Counted from the stretch's first letter, positions 52,672-63,134 are shown. The stretch: DNA of 64,000 nt from Limisphaerales bacterium (GCA_965242585.1 OZ251460.1:2766692-2830691); one strand, 5' to 3'. Numbers and translations are program-made. The notes: a model not told the origin generated them from the letters alone.

Positions 52672-55488
52672 TTACCAGGCGATGATTTGGATGAGCGAGG
52701 CGGTTCCGTTTCCCGGTGGGATGGGCACGAGCAGTTGTCTTTTTTCTCCGTCCCGGCGAATGAAGGGCCGGGCTTCTGGGGAAGTTTTCAATTGAATGCG
52801 GATGGCGCCGCCGTTAACTTCGTAGTTTCCTTTTTCTTGGTCGGCCATAGACGCGCCTTGCGCGGCCAGAAAGTAGAGCGCCGGGGCCGCGCCGCCGCGG
52901 ATTTGAAAGGATCGTTTCAAAACGGCGCCGCCGGGTTGCAGGATGGGTTCGGCTTGTTCCTCAATGGTCGCGCCTCCCAGTCGATAGCGAAAGGTGGGGC
53001 GGCGGTCGGCTCCCAAGCGGTAGCCGAGGAAACGGCCGCCGATGTTTCTGCTCGTTTGTTCTGCAACCGGCCAAGACGTGCGCGGCGATTCAAGCCGGGC
53101 AAACGCCGGCCCCGGCGGCAAGTCCAACACGTCTTCGCCGAGTGGCCCAAGGAACTGGTCCGTGCGTCCGCTTTCCACGCCGGAGTGGTCGAAGAAGCGT
53201 CCACGCCAGACTTTGGCCAAGCGGACGACGTTGGCGTCAAAGGCAACGCTCAATTTTTCGGGGAAGCCGGCGAGGATGGCTCTCGGTCCGACGTCTTGCA
53301 TGAAAGTGCGGTGGACGATCGGCGTTTCCACAGGCACGATTTCCATGGCGCCGCCGCCTTCGGGGACTATGCCTTCGGGCAAAGGCAGGGAAGTTTTGAG
53401 CGAAAGATACGACCAGATGGCGTGGATTTGTTTCTTGGCGTTCCCGCCGAGAATGTTCGGGAAAGGAGACTGGCCGCCAAACCAGAATTGCGGCATGCGA
53501 GTGCCCGGTTTGAATCGAGCGGGATGGAGCATAAACTGCTCAAACCAACTGAATTGGATGCGGTCGTAGGTCGTGGCCAGGTCGATGCCTTGAATGGCGA
53601 GAGCGTTTTGGCCGGCGATTTGATGACAAGTGACGCAGGCAAGGCCGGCCCCAATCTTGGTTCCCACAAAGTCCCGGCCAATCCGAGCGGCAGACTCCAA
53701 GAACAGAGGCTCGGAATCGGGTTCAAGACCGCCATCCACAGACCCGATATGCCGAACAAAAGCGGAGAGATTTTCGAGGCCGAAGTTTGGCATTCGCGTT
53801 TTCATGTGAATGCGGCGGACGTGCAGGGCTTGGGAACTGAGGATACTTTGGATGGCGGCGGGCTTTAATTTGGCGCCAACAAAGTCGAGAACAGGCGGCA
53901 CTTTGGCTTCTTCTCCCAAGTCGATGTCTCCGATAGAATGAAAGTATTTGGCGGCGAATTCGGCATCAGGGCCACCAACGCCGCCGCGCCGATGACAGGC
54001 ATAACAGTTGAAAACCGCCAAAGTTTTCCTGACTTGTTCTTCTGCCGGACAGGGTTGGGCAAATTGGCGACGGGATTCCAGAGCGGCAAGCATTTGTCGC
54101 CTCTGTGCTTTGCTGAGTCGGTAATCGGGCAGTCCCCGCCGCACTTTGGTGCTCAAACAACCGTCGTCACTGTTGATGTCCAACTCGTTCAGCGGCTTGG
54201 CCGTAAAAACCGGAGGCGCATTGTCCATCCGGTGGCAAGAAGCGCAACCCAAGGTCTGGAACTTCTGCTTGCCGGCGGCGGCTTTGGAGGCGTCCACTTG
54301 AAATTCGGCGCTTCCCAGCGGCGCCATAGGCAGGCCTCCTGAGCGTCGGAAAACCTCGCGAGGGAGCGGTTGCCATTGCCCGGATTGTTCGGCGGCATCC
54401 CAAAAGACTTGCAGGCCGCCGCCCCCGCCGCCATTGAAATAGACAAGTTCGAATGCATGGGTGCCGGCTTCCAAAGTGCGTTTGCCCTCGCGCCGCCGCA
54501 TGCCGTGGGTTCCATCGTTGTTCACTACAAGCTCGCCATCAATGAACATTGCCGATCCGTCGTCTGAATGAGTCGCAAAGCGGTATTCGCCCTTCTTCGG
54601 CGCAAGGATTTGGCCGTGAAAACGGAGTGCGTAGTGATTGGAGCGGCGGCGGAAGGGAAGATTGAGCGTAACGCTTTCGACAGTTCCCTTTTCGGCAGGT
54701 TCGAGCGCGGCAAAGTCGGGCAGTTTTTGGAGAGAGTCCACTTCGTAGTAATCGACGTTCAATCCCGGAAGCGAAACCGGCGGCGCGTTCCTGGATTGCG
54801 GTGCGTCCAGTTGCTCGCGCAAGAGATATACGCTGATCGCCCGCGCCTCGTCTTCGTCCAGCCAAAGGGAAGGCATACGGCCGGAGGGGCGGATTTCGCG
54901 AGGATTCAGAAGAAACTGCGCCAGCGCGTCGACGGTGGTTTTGGAAGCGAGATCGCCAAGTGGTTTAAATCTCTCCAGCCGAGTGCCTTCTTGGGGTCCG
55001 TGGCAAGCCGCGCAGCCTGTTGTGTGAAAAAGTTCTTCCCCCCGCGCCCGCGCTTCCAAAGTGCCGCCGGTTTGCGAAAACAAAATCGGTCCTCCAAAAG
55101 AAGCTAAAAAATGGGCGAGTTCTTCCGTTGCCCGCTCCCGCTCGGCAGGCGCCGAAGAATGAAAAAGATCCGGCATCGTGGCGCCGGGTTTCACTTCGTG
55201 CGGCGACGCAAGAAACCGGCGAAGATATTGCGGAGTAACGCGGGAACCGACGGCACTCAGGTCGGGAGCCTCCTTACCCCAAAGCCATTTTTGCGCCGCT
55301 TGATGGCATTGAGTGCAGGCCAGTTCTCCAATGAGAATCTCTCCAAGAAAAGCTTCGTCGCCGCCATTGGCAGCGAGATGATCTACGCCGGGAATCACGG
55401 GCGCAGCGTGAAGAACTTCTGAAAACAAAAGAACCGCCGCGATCCCAGCAAACCAACCGCCGGAGCGGGCAACACGAACATACGACAT
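52672..55488 (-). CDS. Multi-heme c-type cytochrome domain protein with PA14 domain
   Basis: It has a signal peptide and five CxxCH motifs (CTQCH, CAACH, CASCH, CYACH, CVTCH). A PA14-like segment is present (LNVDYYEV..YALRFHGQILAPKKGEYRFATHSDDGSAMFIDGELVV). Confidence 0.8.
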   Translation of the reverse strand: MSYVRVARSGGWFAGIAAVLLFSEVLHAAPVIPGVDHLAANGGDEAFLGEILIGELACTQCHQAAQKWLWGKEAPDLSAVGSRVTPQYLRRFLASPHEVKPGATMPDLFHSSAPAERERATEELAHFLASFGGPILFSQTGGTLEARARGEELFHTTGCAACHGPQEGTRLERFKPLGDLASKTTVDALAQFLLNPREIRPSGRMPSLWLDEDEARAISVYLLREQLDAPQSRNAPPVSLPGLNVDYYEVDSLQKLPDFAALEPAEKGTVESVTLNLPFRRRSNHYALRFHGQILAPKKGEYRFATHSDDGSAMFIDGELVVNNDGTHGMRRREGKRTLEAGTHAFELVYFNGGGGGGLQVFWDAAEQSGQWQPLPREVFRRSGGLPMAPLGSAEFQVDASKAAAGKQKFQTLGCASCHRMDNAPPVFTAKPLNELDINSDDGCLSTKVRRGLPDYRLSKAQRRQMLAALESRRQFAQPCPAEEQVRKTLAVFNCYACHRRGGVGGPDAEFAAKYFHSIGDIDLGEEAKVPPVLDFVGAKLKPAAIQSILSSQALHVRRIHMKTRMPNFGLENLSAFVRHIGSVDGGLEPDSEPLFLESAARIGRDFVGTKIGAGLACVTCHQIAGQNALAIQGIDLATTYDRIQFSWFEQFMLHPARFKPGTRMPQFWFGGQSPFPNILGGNAKKQIHAIWSYLSLKTSLPLPEGIVPEGGGAMEIVPVETPIVHRTFMQDVGPRAILAGFPEKLSVAFDANVVRLAKVWRGRFFDHSGVESGRTDQFLGPLGEDVLDLPPGPAFARLESPRTSWPVAEQTSRNIGGRFLGYRLGADRRPTFRYRLGGATIEEQAEPILQPGGAVLKRSFQIRGGAAPALYFLAAQGASMADQEKGNYEVNGGAIRIQLKTSPEARPFIRRDGEKRQLLVPIPPGNGTASLIQIIAW

Positions 55489-55650
55489 AGAACGAATCCT
55501 TGCCCAAATAGAACGTTTTTGTCAACTGGAAGAATGCGCCGAACGCAACAAACCGCCGTCGCAATGAAAACTCGCAAACGCTCCGCCCCGGCAAAGCGCC
55601 GCAAGAGAAAACAACGAGTTGCGAATCCTGCGTAAATATAACATCATAGG

Positions 55651-56556
55651 TTGTCGATGATGAATTCAACCTATTTCAGTAATTCGAAGCGAGGACGAAT
55701 GCCGTCGCCCCACAAGTGGCTGGCAGCGTGTCTGCTATGCGGGATCTCGCAGGCGTTCGGGCAAGACAACGCCGCAGACCAGCTCTACAAACGAACCATC
55801 TCCGCCTACAACGCCGGCATGGTGGACGAAGCGCTGAAACTGGCGAATCAGGCGATTGCCTCCTCTCCAAAAGAGCCAAAACTGTATCTTGCCCGCGGTT
55901 ACATTTATCAATACGAGCGTCGCCATCAAAAGGCAGTCGATGATTTTTCAAAAGCGATCAAGTTGGATCCGGATTCCACCGAAGCCTGGCAACGACGCGG
56001 CGAGGAACACTTCAAACTGGCGCAATTTAAAGAATCTGTCGCCGACTTCGAGCGGGTGATCCAACTCCAACCGCAACGAGCTCCCTACCACTGGCAACTG
56101 GGCATCTCCTATTACTATACCGGCCAACATCAAAAGGGAGTGAGCCTTTTTAAAAAACACCAAACCGTGAACCGCAACGACGTCGAGAACGCGGTCTGGC
56201 ACTACCTTTGTGCGGCCAAGGTTCACGGACTGGACGAAGCAAAGAAACGCCTATTGACTATCTCCAAAGACGCCAGGACGCCGATGATGGAAATCTACGC
56301 CCTCTTTGGCGGATGGGGAACGGAAAAGCAGGTACTCAAACAAGCGCATCAAGGCCGCACCATCGGCGGCGTGCGGGCACGGCAGATTTTTTACGCCCAT
56401 CTCTACTTGGGGCTGTACTACGAAGCGCAAGGAAACGTGGACCAAGCCTACAACTATATTAAAAAAGCAGCGCAACAATACAAAGAACACGGCTATATGG
56501 GGCAGGTGGCCCGCGTCCACCGCCTTTGGCTGGAACGGAAGCGGAAGACGCCTTAG
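55651..56556 (+). CDS. TPR-repeat protein (secreted)
   Basis: Signal-like KWLAACLLCGISQAFGQD, then several TPR units (ALKLANQAIASSPKEPKLYLARGYIY, AVDDFSKAIKLDPDSTEAWQRRG, SVADFERVIQLQP). Confidence 0.75.
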   Translation: MSMMNSTYFSNSKRGRMPSPHKWLAACLLCGISQAFGQDNAADQLYKRTISAYNAGMVDEALKLANQAIASSPKEPKLYLARGYIYQYERRHQKAVDDFSKAIKLDPDSTEAWQRRGEEHFKLAQFKESVADFERVIQLQPQRAPYHWQLGISYYYTGQHQKGVSLFKKHQTVNRNDVENAVWHYLCAAKVHGLDEAKKRLLTISKDARTPMMEIYALFGGWGTEKQVLKQAHQGRTIGGVRARQIFYAHLYLGLYYEAQGNVDQAYNYIKKAAQQYKEHGYMGQVARVHRLWLERKRKTP

Positions 56557-56642
56557 GGTATCTTACAAAAGTAATTGCTTCTCGCTTGAGCGTCTAATAT
56601 AAATATAAATATAATTTTTATTTCATTGTCAACATATAAAAC

Positions 56643-58172
56643 ATGCGGACTTTAGTCATCGGCATAGACAGCGGAACACAATCCACCAAAGCATTGGTAG
56701 TCAATGCGGACACCGGACAAGTTGAGGGTTCCGGCTCCAAAACCTACGGGCTCATCGAAGGATTGCCGCCGGGCGCTAAGGAACAAGACCCGGCAATCTG
56801 GATGGATGCGGCGACGGACGCCGTCCGCCAAGCATTGAGACAGTCCGAAGCCAAGCCCGCAGAAGTGCGCGCCCTAGGGGTGAGCGGACAACAACACGGC
56901 TTTGTGCCTCTGGACAAAAAGGGACGGGTAATCCGAGCGGCAAAGTTGTGGTGTGACACCTCGACAGAATCCGAATGCAGGCAAATCACGGAACGAGTCG
57001 GCGGGTTGAAGGCTGCTCTTCAAGCAGTGGGCAACGCGATTTTGCCGGGCTTTACCGCGCCGAAGATTCTCTGGCTCAAAAATCACGAGCCTCAAAATTA
57101 TCAACAGTTGGCGACGGTTCTCTTGCCCCACGACTACTTGAACTATCGGCTCACCGGCCGGGCGGTAATGGAGTGCGGCGACGCCAGCGGAACGGCCTTG
57201 CTCGACGTGCGGCGGCGGACTTGGAGTGAACCGTTGATTGCAGCCGTCGACGATTCTCTGGCGGCGAAGTTGCCGCCTCTCATTCCCAGCGAAGAACCGG
57301 CCGGACGCCTGCAACCGTCTGCTGCCGAAGAACTGGGACTTACCGAGGAGGTTTTGGTCAGCGCCGGCGGCGGCGACAACATGATGGGGGCAATCGGCAC
57401 TGGAAACACCGAGCCGGGCGTCATCACCGCCAGCTTCGGCACCAGCGGCACCATTTACGCCTGCGCCGCAGAACCCATCGTCGATCCGATTGGCGAAATT
57501 GCCGCTTTTTGCGATTCCACAAACCGCTGGCTTCCGCTTTTGTGCACGATGAACGTCACCTCGGCCACCGAAATGATTCGAAACCACTATCAATGGACGC
57601 ACGACCAATTCGAGAACGCCGCCCGGAATGTTCGCCCGGGAAGCAACGGCTTGCTTCTGCTCCCCTATCTGGAAGGCGAACGAACGCCGGACTTGCCCGA
57701 AGGAACAGGCGTCTGGATGGGCATCAATCACCGCACTTCGAAGCCGGGACACTTTGCGCGAGCGGCAATGGAAGGCGCGACTTTGGGCATGAACTACGGT
57801 CTCGCAAGACTGGAAAAACTCGGTGTCCGGCCCGATCAAATCCGAGCAACGGGCGGCGGCGCCAAATCCAAACTATGGAGACAAATCATGGCCGACGTTT
57901 TCAACACCGAAGTAGTCACCCTGCAAGTGGAGGAAGGCGCCGCCTACGGCGCCGCCTTGCAAGCGCTTTGGTGCTGGCGGTTGCAGCAGGGAGAGGATGT
58001 TTCTATCACCGCGCTGACTCGCCAATTTGTTCAATGCAACCCAAGCCAGAAGGCCATTCCCAACCCAGAAGCCGTTGAACAATATCAAATTTGTCAGGAG
58101 TTGCAAAACGCGACTTCCCTGGCCCTTCGCAAAGTGTTTCCCCAACATCGCTCGTTCATCGCCAAGTCTTAA
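56643..58172 (+). CDS. xylB: Xylulokinase (FGGY family)
   Basis: LVIGIDSGTQSTKALV, GVSGQQHGFVPLD, the tail ATGGGAKSKLWRQIMADVF, and EGAAYGAALQA. Confidence 0.9.
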   Translation: MRTLVIGIDSGTQSTKALVVNADTGQVEGSGSKTYGLIEGLPPGAKEQDPAIWMDAATDAVRQALRQSEAKPAEVRALGVSGQQHGFVPLDKKGRVIRAAKLWCDTSTESECRQITERVGGLKAALQAVGNAILPGFTAPKILWLKNHEPQNYQQLATVLLPHDYLNYRLTGRAVMECGDASGTALLDVRRRTWSEPLIAAVDDSLAAKLPPLIPSEEPAGRLQPSAAEELGLTEEVLVSAGGGDNMMGAIGTGNTEPGVITASFGTSGTIYACAAEPIVDPIGEIAAFCDSTNRWLPLLCTMNVTSATEMIRNHYQWTHDQFENAARNVRPGSNGLLLLPYLEGERTPDLPEGTGVWMGINHRTSKPGHFARAAMEGATLGMNYGLARLEKLGVRPDQIRATGGGAKSKLWRQIMADVFNTEVVTLQVEEGAAYGAALQALWCWRLQQGEDVSITALTRQFVQCNPSQKAIPNPEAVEQYQICQELQNATSLALRKVFPQHRSFIAKS

Positions 58173-58509
58173 CCTCAAGCAGGTTTCCCAGAGACCTCGA
58201 CGGGGGAATCATAACGATTTCTATTTTCCAACCTGCCAAAAAACCAAACTGCCGGCGGAAAAACCAACGAATAGTTTCTGCTCCGTCTGGGAAGTCAAGC
58301 ACCAGCTTTTTTTCATTGCCTTTACATTGGAATCTGCCCGCTGTTCTCTCGTTCCTTTTTCAGCGATGTACTCAACAACGTGAAAGTTTTGACAAAATCC
58401 AGCAGCCGGACGGGCTCTGGAATGCGGAGGAAAATTCCCTGAATAATTTGCGCAACCGCAAGTGGAGGCAAAGACACTTTGCTGGCGGCTGTTTTTTGGA
58501 AAAAGTCGT

Positions 58510-59616
58510 TCACCACGTTTCGACCGGTCCTTTGGGCACGGGAATGCGATCTCGGCGAAAGACCGCCGGCTCGTCTGCAAAGTCGGGTTGCAAAACATCA
58601 GGACGATAGCGGGGCAAAAGTTGTCCGTCGTCGCCGAGAAACGGTCGCCGCCATTCGAGAAATTCCGCCAGAATTTCCTCAAATTCCTCCTTGCTGGAAA
58701 GGCGCACAATCTTTCGATGGAAGGGCTTGGCGGGGCCGAATCGTTTGGAATACCACGGGGCGACTTTGCGAAACCTAAGACAGGCCTTGGCCTCGCCAAA
58801 AACGGCAATCATTCGGTCAAAATGGCGGCGCATAACACGGAGGCGTTCTTCAAAACCGGGTTCGGGTTCCAGTTGGCCGGAAATCAAATAGCTTTGCGTA
58901 TGTTGAAAGATCCAGGGGTTGTAGAAGGCGCCGCGCCCAATGCCCACTCCGGCGCAACCGGTCTCCTCCAGCATGCGTCTGGCGGATTGCGGCGTAGTGA
59001 CATCGCCGTTGCCAATAACCGGCACGCAATGAACAGCGTCTACCACGGCGCGAATGCCGGCCAAATTGACTTTGCCTTCAAATCCTTGCTGCCGGGTTCG
59101 GCCGTGAACAAAGACGGCCGCAACGCCCACATCTTCCAACGCGCGGGCAAGATCGGGCGCCGTGAAATTGTCCGCATCCCAACCCAACCGCATTTTCGCC
59201 GTAACCGGAATGCGCAGAGCTCCAACCATTCCCCGAACCAGCCTCGCAGTTTGACGCAACTCGGTCATCATTGCCGAGCCACCCCCCGTCCGGCAAACTT
59301 TCCTCACCGGACACCCCATGTTGATGTCGACAGCAGCCAGTCCCCCTTCTTGAAGAAAGATCGCAGCTTCCCGCATTTCCTCGGCAACGCTTCCAAAAAG
59401 TTGGACCGCCAAAGGGCGATCCTGAACATCCGTCTCGATCAATTGGAGCGCCTTCGGATTCTTTTCTAAAAGGGAGCGAGCGTTAACAAGATCGGTAGTC
59501 GCTAAATCCAAACCGCCCAACTCGCGAATCGTGAGACGAAAAGGCAAGTTAGTATATCCGGCAAGCGGAGAAAGAAAAAGATTCGACTGAAGCCGCAACG
59601 GTCCAAAAGTCAGCAT
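58510..59616 (-). CDS. dus: tRNA-dihydrouridine synthase
   Basis: LSPLAGYTNLPFR, VQLFG, DINMGCP and RLGWD, then a C-terminal helical domain. Confidence 0.9.
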   Translation of the reverse strand: MLTFGPLRLQSNLFLSPLAGYTNLPFRLTIRELGGLDLATTDLVNARSLLEKNPKALQLIETDVQDRPLAVQLFGSVAEEMREAAIFLQEGGLAAVDINMGCPVRKVCRTGGGSAMMTELRQTARLVRGMVGALRIPVTAKMRLGWDADNFTAPDLARALEDVGVAAVFVHGRTRQQGFEGKVNLAGIRAVVDAVHCVPVIGNGDVTTPQSARRMLEETGCAGVGIGRGAFYNPWIFQHTQSYLISGQLEPEPGFEERLRVMRRHFDRMIAVFGEAKACLRFRKVAPWYSKRFGPAKPFHRKIVRLSSKEEFEEILAEFLEWRRPFLGDDGQLLPRYRPDVLQPDFADEPAVFRRDRIPVPKGPVETW

Positions 59617-60159
59617 GTTTTACGCCTCACCCGCAAAAGATAATCCGACCAGCGCCCCAAACGCAACTTTACAACCAAGCCCGCCAATCTGACACCCCCC
59701 ACTTCTTCTCAAAAGAACAAGCGAGCAAACGCCCGGCAAATGGAACGAAAACTTTCCATCTCAACGCTTTGCGCCCCTACACATCCTCATACACCATCAC
59801 CCCGCTTCCCCAGCCACCCCGAAGATGCATTCATTAATCGTCTGCTCACTTTTCTCCACAAAAACATATCTCTCCGAAGGCTACTCTATATCCACCATAT
59901 AACGATACTCCGCAAAAGCCCGCTACCCTAAACACTTCTACACTCTCATATCCCATGTTGACAAGTTGAGGAAGAAAACTTAACCGCTTTTGCAATCGTG
60001 ATCAACACTTTTTGGAGAAAGTCGGTTTTTTCTTGGTTTTGGATGGGCGGCGGATGGTGAATGGCAAAATCATTGTTTATGGGCGGGGTTAGGTTTGGTG
60101 TTTTAAGAGTGGGTTTTCTTTTTTGAAAAGCGGGGGTATTGCGGCTATCATTTGCGATA

Positions 60160-61302
60160 ATGAGAATGGGGTTTTCAAGCGGTTTTGCGGAGTTTGGCAA
60201 GGAGAATGCTTTGCGTCGTCGGGTTCGTTTCCGAATGCCGGCGGAGTGGGAGTTGCATCGGGGGACTTGGCTGACTTGGCCGAGGGAGGAGGGGGCAAGT
60301 TTTCCCGGGCGGTTTATGCAAATTTGTGAGACTTATCGGCGTTTGGTGGATTGTCTTGCGGGGTGCGAGCCGGTGTTTATCAATGTTTGGGACGAAGAGA
60401 TGGAACGGGAGGCGCGTTTGCGGATTGGGTTGACGGATGGAATTCAGCGCGGGGTTTCGTTTTTTCATCATCCGGCTTACGAGCCTTGGTGTCGAGATCA
60501 CGGGCCGATTTTTGTTCGCAATTGCCGAACTGGGGAGGCGGCCGTAGTGGATTGGGATTACAATGCTTGGGGCAATAAGTATCCGCCTTTTGACTTGGAC
60601 AACGAGGTGCCGAAGCGGGTTGCGGCGCTTCGCGGCGTGGATCGTTTGGAGCCAAAAATGGTTCTGGAAGGCGGGTCGATTGACGTGAACGGGCAAGGGC
60701 TTTTGTTGACGACCGAGAGCTGCCTCTTGAACCCGAACCGCAATCCGCATCTTTCCCGAAAGGAGATCGAGCGGCGCTTGTTCGAATATCTCGGAGCGGA
60801 GGAAATTCTGTGGTTAGGAGAGGGCGTTGTCGGCGATGATACAGACGGCCACGTAGATAATTTGGCGCGATTTGTTTCTGCGGACACTGTGGCGATGGCG
60901 GTGGAAGAGGATCCCGCCGACGCAAACTATTCGGCGTTGCGAGACAATCGGGAACGGCTGCGCGCTTTCAACCAAGGCCGAAGGCGTCCGCTTCGCATTG
61001 TCGAGCTTCCTATGCCGAGTCCGGTGGTTCAGGAGGGCATTCGTTTGCCGGCCAGTTACGCGAATTTTTATTTGGCGAACGATTGGGCGGTTGTGCCGAT
61101 TTTCGGGGATCCGAATGACAAGGTCGCGCTGAAAATTCTGCAAAGCCTTATGCCGAGACGGAAAGTGGTCGGCTTGGACTCGCTGGATTTGATTTGGGGA
61201 TTAGGCTCGTTTCACTGCGTTACTCAGCAGGAGCCTCTGTTTGCGGGGAGGCCGGCTTCGGCAGAGTCGAAGATTGCCGGAGTTGCGGCGGCGTCGGCAT
61301 GA
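60160..61302 (+). CDS. aguA: Agmatine deiminase (PAD_porph family)
   Basis: ORF 60139..61302 begins at a TTG, with ATGs at 60160, 60166 and 60235. It has FRMPAEWELHRGTWLTWP, DTDGHVDN, and the catalytic C-terminus GSFHCVTQQ. The 3' end overlaps the convergent downstream ORF by about 83 nt. Confidence 0.88.
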   Translation: MRMGFSSGFAEFGKENALRRRVRFRMPAEWELHRGTWLTWPREEGASFPGRFMQICETYRRLVDCLAGCEPVFINVWDEEMEREARLRIGLTDGIQRGVSFFHHPAYEPWCRDHGPIFVRNCRTGEAAVVDWDYNAWGNKYPPFDLDNEVPKRVAALRGVDRLEPKMVLEGGSIDVNGQGLLLTTESCLLNPNRNPHLSRKEIERRLFEYLGAEEILWLGEGVVGDDTDGHVDNLARFVSADTVAMAVEEDPADANYSALRDNRERLRAFNQGRRRPLRIVELPMPSPVVQEGIRLPASYANFYLANDWAVVPIFGDPNDKVALKILQSLMPRRKVVGLDSLDLIWGLGSFHCVTQQEPLFAGRPASAESKIAGVAAASA

Positions 61303-63134
61303 AGAGCCGATAGTTGATGAAGTGCGCATCGCTGTTGCCGCCGCTCACGCTAAAGTGGAAATACTTGGCGACTTGTTCAAATGGCGGCAGAGCGGATAGA
61401 AATTCGGCGCCAAAGGGAGATTCTCGGATATCAAAATTGGCCGACGCCTCCAAGCCTTCCACTAGAAAGTTAGGATTCTTGCGGGCAAATTCCCAAAACA
61501 TGCCGATCACTTTGGCGGGGTTGTCGTAGCGGAAGGAGGTCAATTTCTCGGAGCCTAAGGATGCGGTTGCCTGCTTGAGGCCGGGCGTCTCTCGGAGCGG
61601 ACGGTGTGTTTCTGATGGGGGGCGGAGGTAGTTTTTCAGGGTTTGTTCGTCCATAGAGAAAATGAGATAGCCTTCGTCCACCGCCATGTGAAGTCCGACT
61701 TTGGCGCCCGGTTGTCCGCTTTCTATGAACGGCAGACCGGGCATGGTGAAGGAATAAATGGTTTTTCCCTGAAATTCTTTCCTGCTTAGAGAATCTTCTT
61801 CGGACGGGATTAGGCCGGTGGCCTTGACCAGCGTTTGCGCCAAAGCCTTTGGGTTCGGACTGCCCAGGAGAGTCAAGGTTGGGGCGCTTATCAAGTCTTC
61901 CAACCTCGACGAGCGCGGAGAAAAACCAATGACTATCAAGTCGTCGCCCAAGTTTCCGAAGATGTCTTTTCGAATGTTGAAGCCGAGTCCTTGTTCAGTC
62001 TCGCGCAACACGGCGTTCATCATGCCTCCCAGTATTGGTGACAGCTCGGCCACGGATTCTTCGAGATTCTCCCACAACTGGCCGAGATTCAGGCGAACTC
62101 GGCTGAAACTGGCAACATCGGCCGGCACTCGAGACGGTGGCGAGCAATCTTTTTCCGCCAAGTCAATCCATTCAAACAATCCTTGCCGATTTTTCTTTGG
62201 AACGGCCATTGCGAACTCCATCAACGAGCCGCCCTCAAGTTTCCGAAGATGGAGGGACAGGCTTTGCAACTCGTTCAATCCGAGAGATTGGAGCATCTTC
62301 GACGGCGGAGGAATCATGGGATTTTCGGCCAATGGTCGATCCAGATTCCGCACTTGACCTTCGATGATTTTGTAAAGTTTGGCAAAATTGAGCCATCCGT
62401 AAGCATAGGATTGGCGAAGCCTGCGGGAGTGAATTCGGCGAAAGGCTGGCTGACGAGACAGCGAAGCGGCGTCCGCATCTTTGCTGGCGTTGGCCAAAGT
62501 CCGCTCAATTAGGGAGACTTTGGTGGAAGCCAAGAAAAGAGAGTCGGCCTGTCCGAAAACGACTTTGTGCAGGGGCAACGCCGCTCCTTCGGCTTTTGCT
62601 TCGCCGTTCCAACGCAATTGATGGAATGTTCCTTTGGGAAAAGTCATCGGCCTCAGCGTCCAACCGGCGTCGGAAAACTGTTTGCGAAAGTCTGTTAGCC
62701 GGGTTTTCAGTTGGGCGGATTTGGCGCCGCTGTCCAGCGCCAGGAGAACGTCAAAGTCGGGTCGAGGCTTTGTCGGATTTGCATCCAGAAAGAGCGCCAA
62801 AGTGATCTGCCCGTTTAGCCAAGCCCGCATTCTCGTTCAATCGAACGTTCCACTTTTCTTCTATGCCTCGAATCACGACGGCTTCCCACGCCGACTGGAT
62901 TTGCTTGGTAAAGTTCTTCATCGCAGCGTCTTGAAACAAGCGAACATAGGGATCGCTCCAAAAAGCCTCCTTGGCGTCGGGAAAATGCGGGATGGTGAAA
63001 ACGGCAAAGGCGTCTTCCGGCACGAGAGTTTCCGGTTTGGACTCTGCCGCAAGGCCGGAAAGCGTTGCCAAAGAACCCGCGGCCAAAAGGCTCGCCCAAT
63101 ATTTGAAAATCGTTTTTGTTTTATTTGTTTTCAT
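61220..63134 (-). pseudogene. Hypothetical secreted protein split into two overlapping ORFs (frameshift or two genes)
   Basis: ORF 62751..63134 carries the signal peptide (MKTNKTKTIFKYWASLLAAGSLATLSGLAAE). ORF 61220..62830 (536 aa) has no signal and starts inside the first ORF, with an 80-nt overlap. The frame change must lie around 62815-62835. Confidence 0.5.

Noticed and set aside
50709-53868. 366-aa (50709..51809) and 431-aa (52573..53868) plus-strand ORFs.
   Set aside because: They are antisense to the propeller dehydrogenase and the cytochrome/PA14 genes. Their Gly/Ala/Val-rich shadow translations are not credible.
56874-59469. 321-aa minus-strand ORF in xylB and 335-aa plus-strand ORF in dus.
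   Set aside because: They are antisense shadows of strongly supported genes.
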